DNA of 64,000 nt, from positions 17,980,001 through 18,044,000 of the forward strand of contig OZ193909.1 of assembly GCA_964276515.1 (NCBI GenBank). The letters are read 5' to 3'. Shown one piece after another: positions 61,921 to 64,000 of the stretch. The notes below the pieces were generated by a model. That model was not told where the DNA came from. It saw only the letters and a program-made list of their open reading frames with translations, and ran no database searches. Within the stretch, counting starts at the first letter, position 1. Each line of letters opens with the position of its first letter. The position numbers and the translations under genes are program-made. Source of the DNA: Gordius albopunctatus (taxonomy: Eukaryota).

Positions 61921-63961
61921 ATGTCATTAAAGCAAAACCTACAACTTCTTAAATGGCAAGTTGAAGCATTAAATCCTTGTGAATATTTATCTTGTAAGAT
62001 TTAGACTCAAATGTTTTAATATATAAATTTTATTGAAGATTGCGCAGAATTAGTACGCAAATTTAGAGAAGAGGCTATAAAATTTCAAGAGGTTGAGAAG
62101 CTGAAAAGAGATTTGGAACTGATTAATAATAAACTTTCAGCTGAGAATTCCTCTTTAGTTACCCGACTAAATAATGCGAGATGTATGTTGGAAGAGGAAT
62201 TAAATAAGAACTCAACACTTGAAAAGAAGAGCAAACTACTTGTAACAACTAAATATATTAAATGTTGATTTTTTTAAGGAAAATCAAATAAATTTAATCA
62301 GAGAAGTCTTATTTGATAAAAACAAAACTTTGTTAAATGATGAACAAAAGGCTAAATTATCTTTCTTAGATATACCAACTTTGATAGTTCCAACTACTAC
62401 TCCTAAAGCTACCATTCCTAAGAGGTAATATTTACGTAAGAAAAAAAATTATTAATCTAGGGAAGCTAAAAGATCAGCATCTTTGCTGGCTCCTTTCAAA
62501 TATGAAGCTACTGAGGACTCTCTAGATCCTGTAGCTTTGGATAAAATGATGAGTGAATATAATGAAGAAGAAATTATAAATAAAGTGGCTCCATTGAATA
62601 CATCAAACAAGAAGCGTCCATCTGATGATGAACATGGAAATAATGATTATAAAAAAGCAAAAAACAATGTAAATTTTCATTTGGTGAACTATATTAACAT
62701 TTAAATATCTATTCATATTAATTTAGGGTCTCTATCCTGAAATTGAGACAGCTCATAATTATGAGTTATCTGGAAGAAAAAGCTTGTTGAATCGTAGTTT
62801 AAGTCAACCATCCTTAAATAATTTGGGTAATTAAATTTTAAATTTGCTTTTTCCCTTAACACTTTTAATAAAATAGATTTTATAGATGTTGATACAAAGG
62901 GAGATAATGGATTTCAACCCTTAATAATTGAGAGTGTCCACGAAGAAAAATTACCAACTTCAACTAATATAAAAACTAAGACCCCAGCTCGTGAGAGGAG
63001 CAATACAATATGTAATCCAACGTTGTCAACATGGAATTCTGCAGGTTTTAATCAACAACAATTTTTATTTAAATTTAATATTTGAATGCTGTTTTTTACT
63101 GTAGCATTTTTATATTAAGTAACATTTAAAGTGAGGATTTGGAAAAAGCACAACTTTCTTCACATAAATTTTGGTGAACATGGTTTTACCTAGCATTGGA
63201 ATTAGAGAGAGGGAGGGGCAAAATAAACATTTTTTGAAATTTTAGCCAACACTCTAATAAATTTCAAATAAATTGGTTTCAAAGGGGGGCAGCTGCCCCC
63301 CCCCCACCATTGACTACGCCCATGTTGGTAAATATTATAGTTGTTATCCAACTTGCCCATATATCCTTAACGTGACTACTGTTATTTTATCCTGATTTAA
63401 ATTAAAAACGATATTCATCATATATAACGCCGCCTAATTGTTTAATAGGGTAATATCCTATTAGCTAAAGATAGAGTTGTTAAATTGCTAAATTTCTTCA
63501 AACTCCAGACGCGAGCACGCACACTGAGTTGCTTAATATACGCGTTAGCACAATATGTGCTCGCTTTTGGTGCACTAGGCAGAGCAGTAGCATATAAAAA
63601 TGCTCGAGGGCCGAGCAGAAACTAGAGCAGATGGTAGCTGGAGTTGAAGAAAGTTAGCAATATAACGACTCTAGCTAAAGAATGCTTAATTTTTCGCCTA
63701 CACGTAAACAAATTCATAATGAAAATTTTAATTTTGTGAAATGTAATGTTGCTAGGGAAATTGATCAAGTCTCGTCCACACATCTTCATGATAAAATCTC
63801 ACTTTACCAACGAGCCGTGTGGCCCGTGTGGTAAAAAGATCAAATTTGGTTCTAAAGTCCTGAAGTGCAGAGATTGCAAAGCCACGTGCCACACCTATTG
63901 CCAAGGGGATGTCCCACTGCCTTGTATACACTCGAATACCCCCAAGTTGGCTAAGCAACAA
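61921..63961 (+). CDS. RACGAP1: Rac GTPase-activating protein 1 (MgcRacGAP/CYK-4), 5' part; continues beyond the window
   Basis: Exons 61921-61993, 62039-62241, 62279-62424 and further short exons encode an N-terminal coiled coil (..RLNNARCMLEEE..ENQINLIREVL..EQKAKLSFL). Exon 63756-63961 encodes the C1 domain HIF...EPCGPCGKKIKFG..VLKCRDC.ATCH..C...VPLPC. Confidence 0.88.
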
Positions 63962-64000
63962 GTCCGTCCTCAGCTCTGTTGATTTTGACAATACTTTTGG

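Overview
AT-rich eukaryotic (invertebrate-animal-like) genomic DNA with many very short GT-AG introns (36-46 nt) and a dense, nested transposon landscape. Host genes I could splice by hand: alpha-SNAP (333-1567, +, 292 aa), an orphan coiled-coil protein (5659-9279, +, 406 aa), 7-dehydrocholesterol reductase (22332-28000, +, 483 aa), a SET/MYND (SMYD-like) methyltransferase with an extra C-terminal MYND finger (31691-36116, +, 561 aa), a disrupted GatA/QRSL1 copy (52652-54710, -), and the 5' part of RacGAP1/CYK-4 (61921 to window end, +). Mobile DNA: a near-intact intron-containing hAT element with a perfect 8-bp TSD, several hAT and pogo-like MITE families, three Helitrons, a decayed Gypsy element, solo LTRs, CRE-clade non-LTR elements, two FLYWCH/MULE loci, and piggyBac and THAP remnants. 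Two observations stand out. (1) Two related non-coding miniature LTR elements (TRIM-like) primed by tRNA-Trp share a conserved internal sequence and a PBS-adjacent hairpin, and one recently inserted into the GatA exon. (2) FLYWCH/MULE transposase-type genes have N-termini that expand by tandem duplication of whole exon+intron units (133-bp unit = 55-nt intron + 78-nt symmetric exon). All calls are by eye; no database searches were run.
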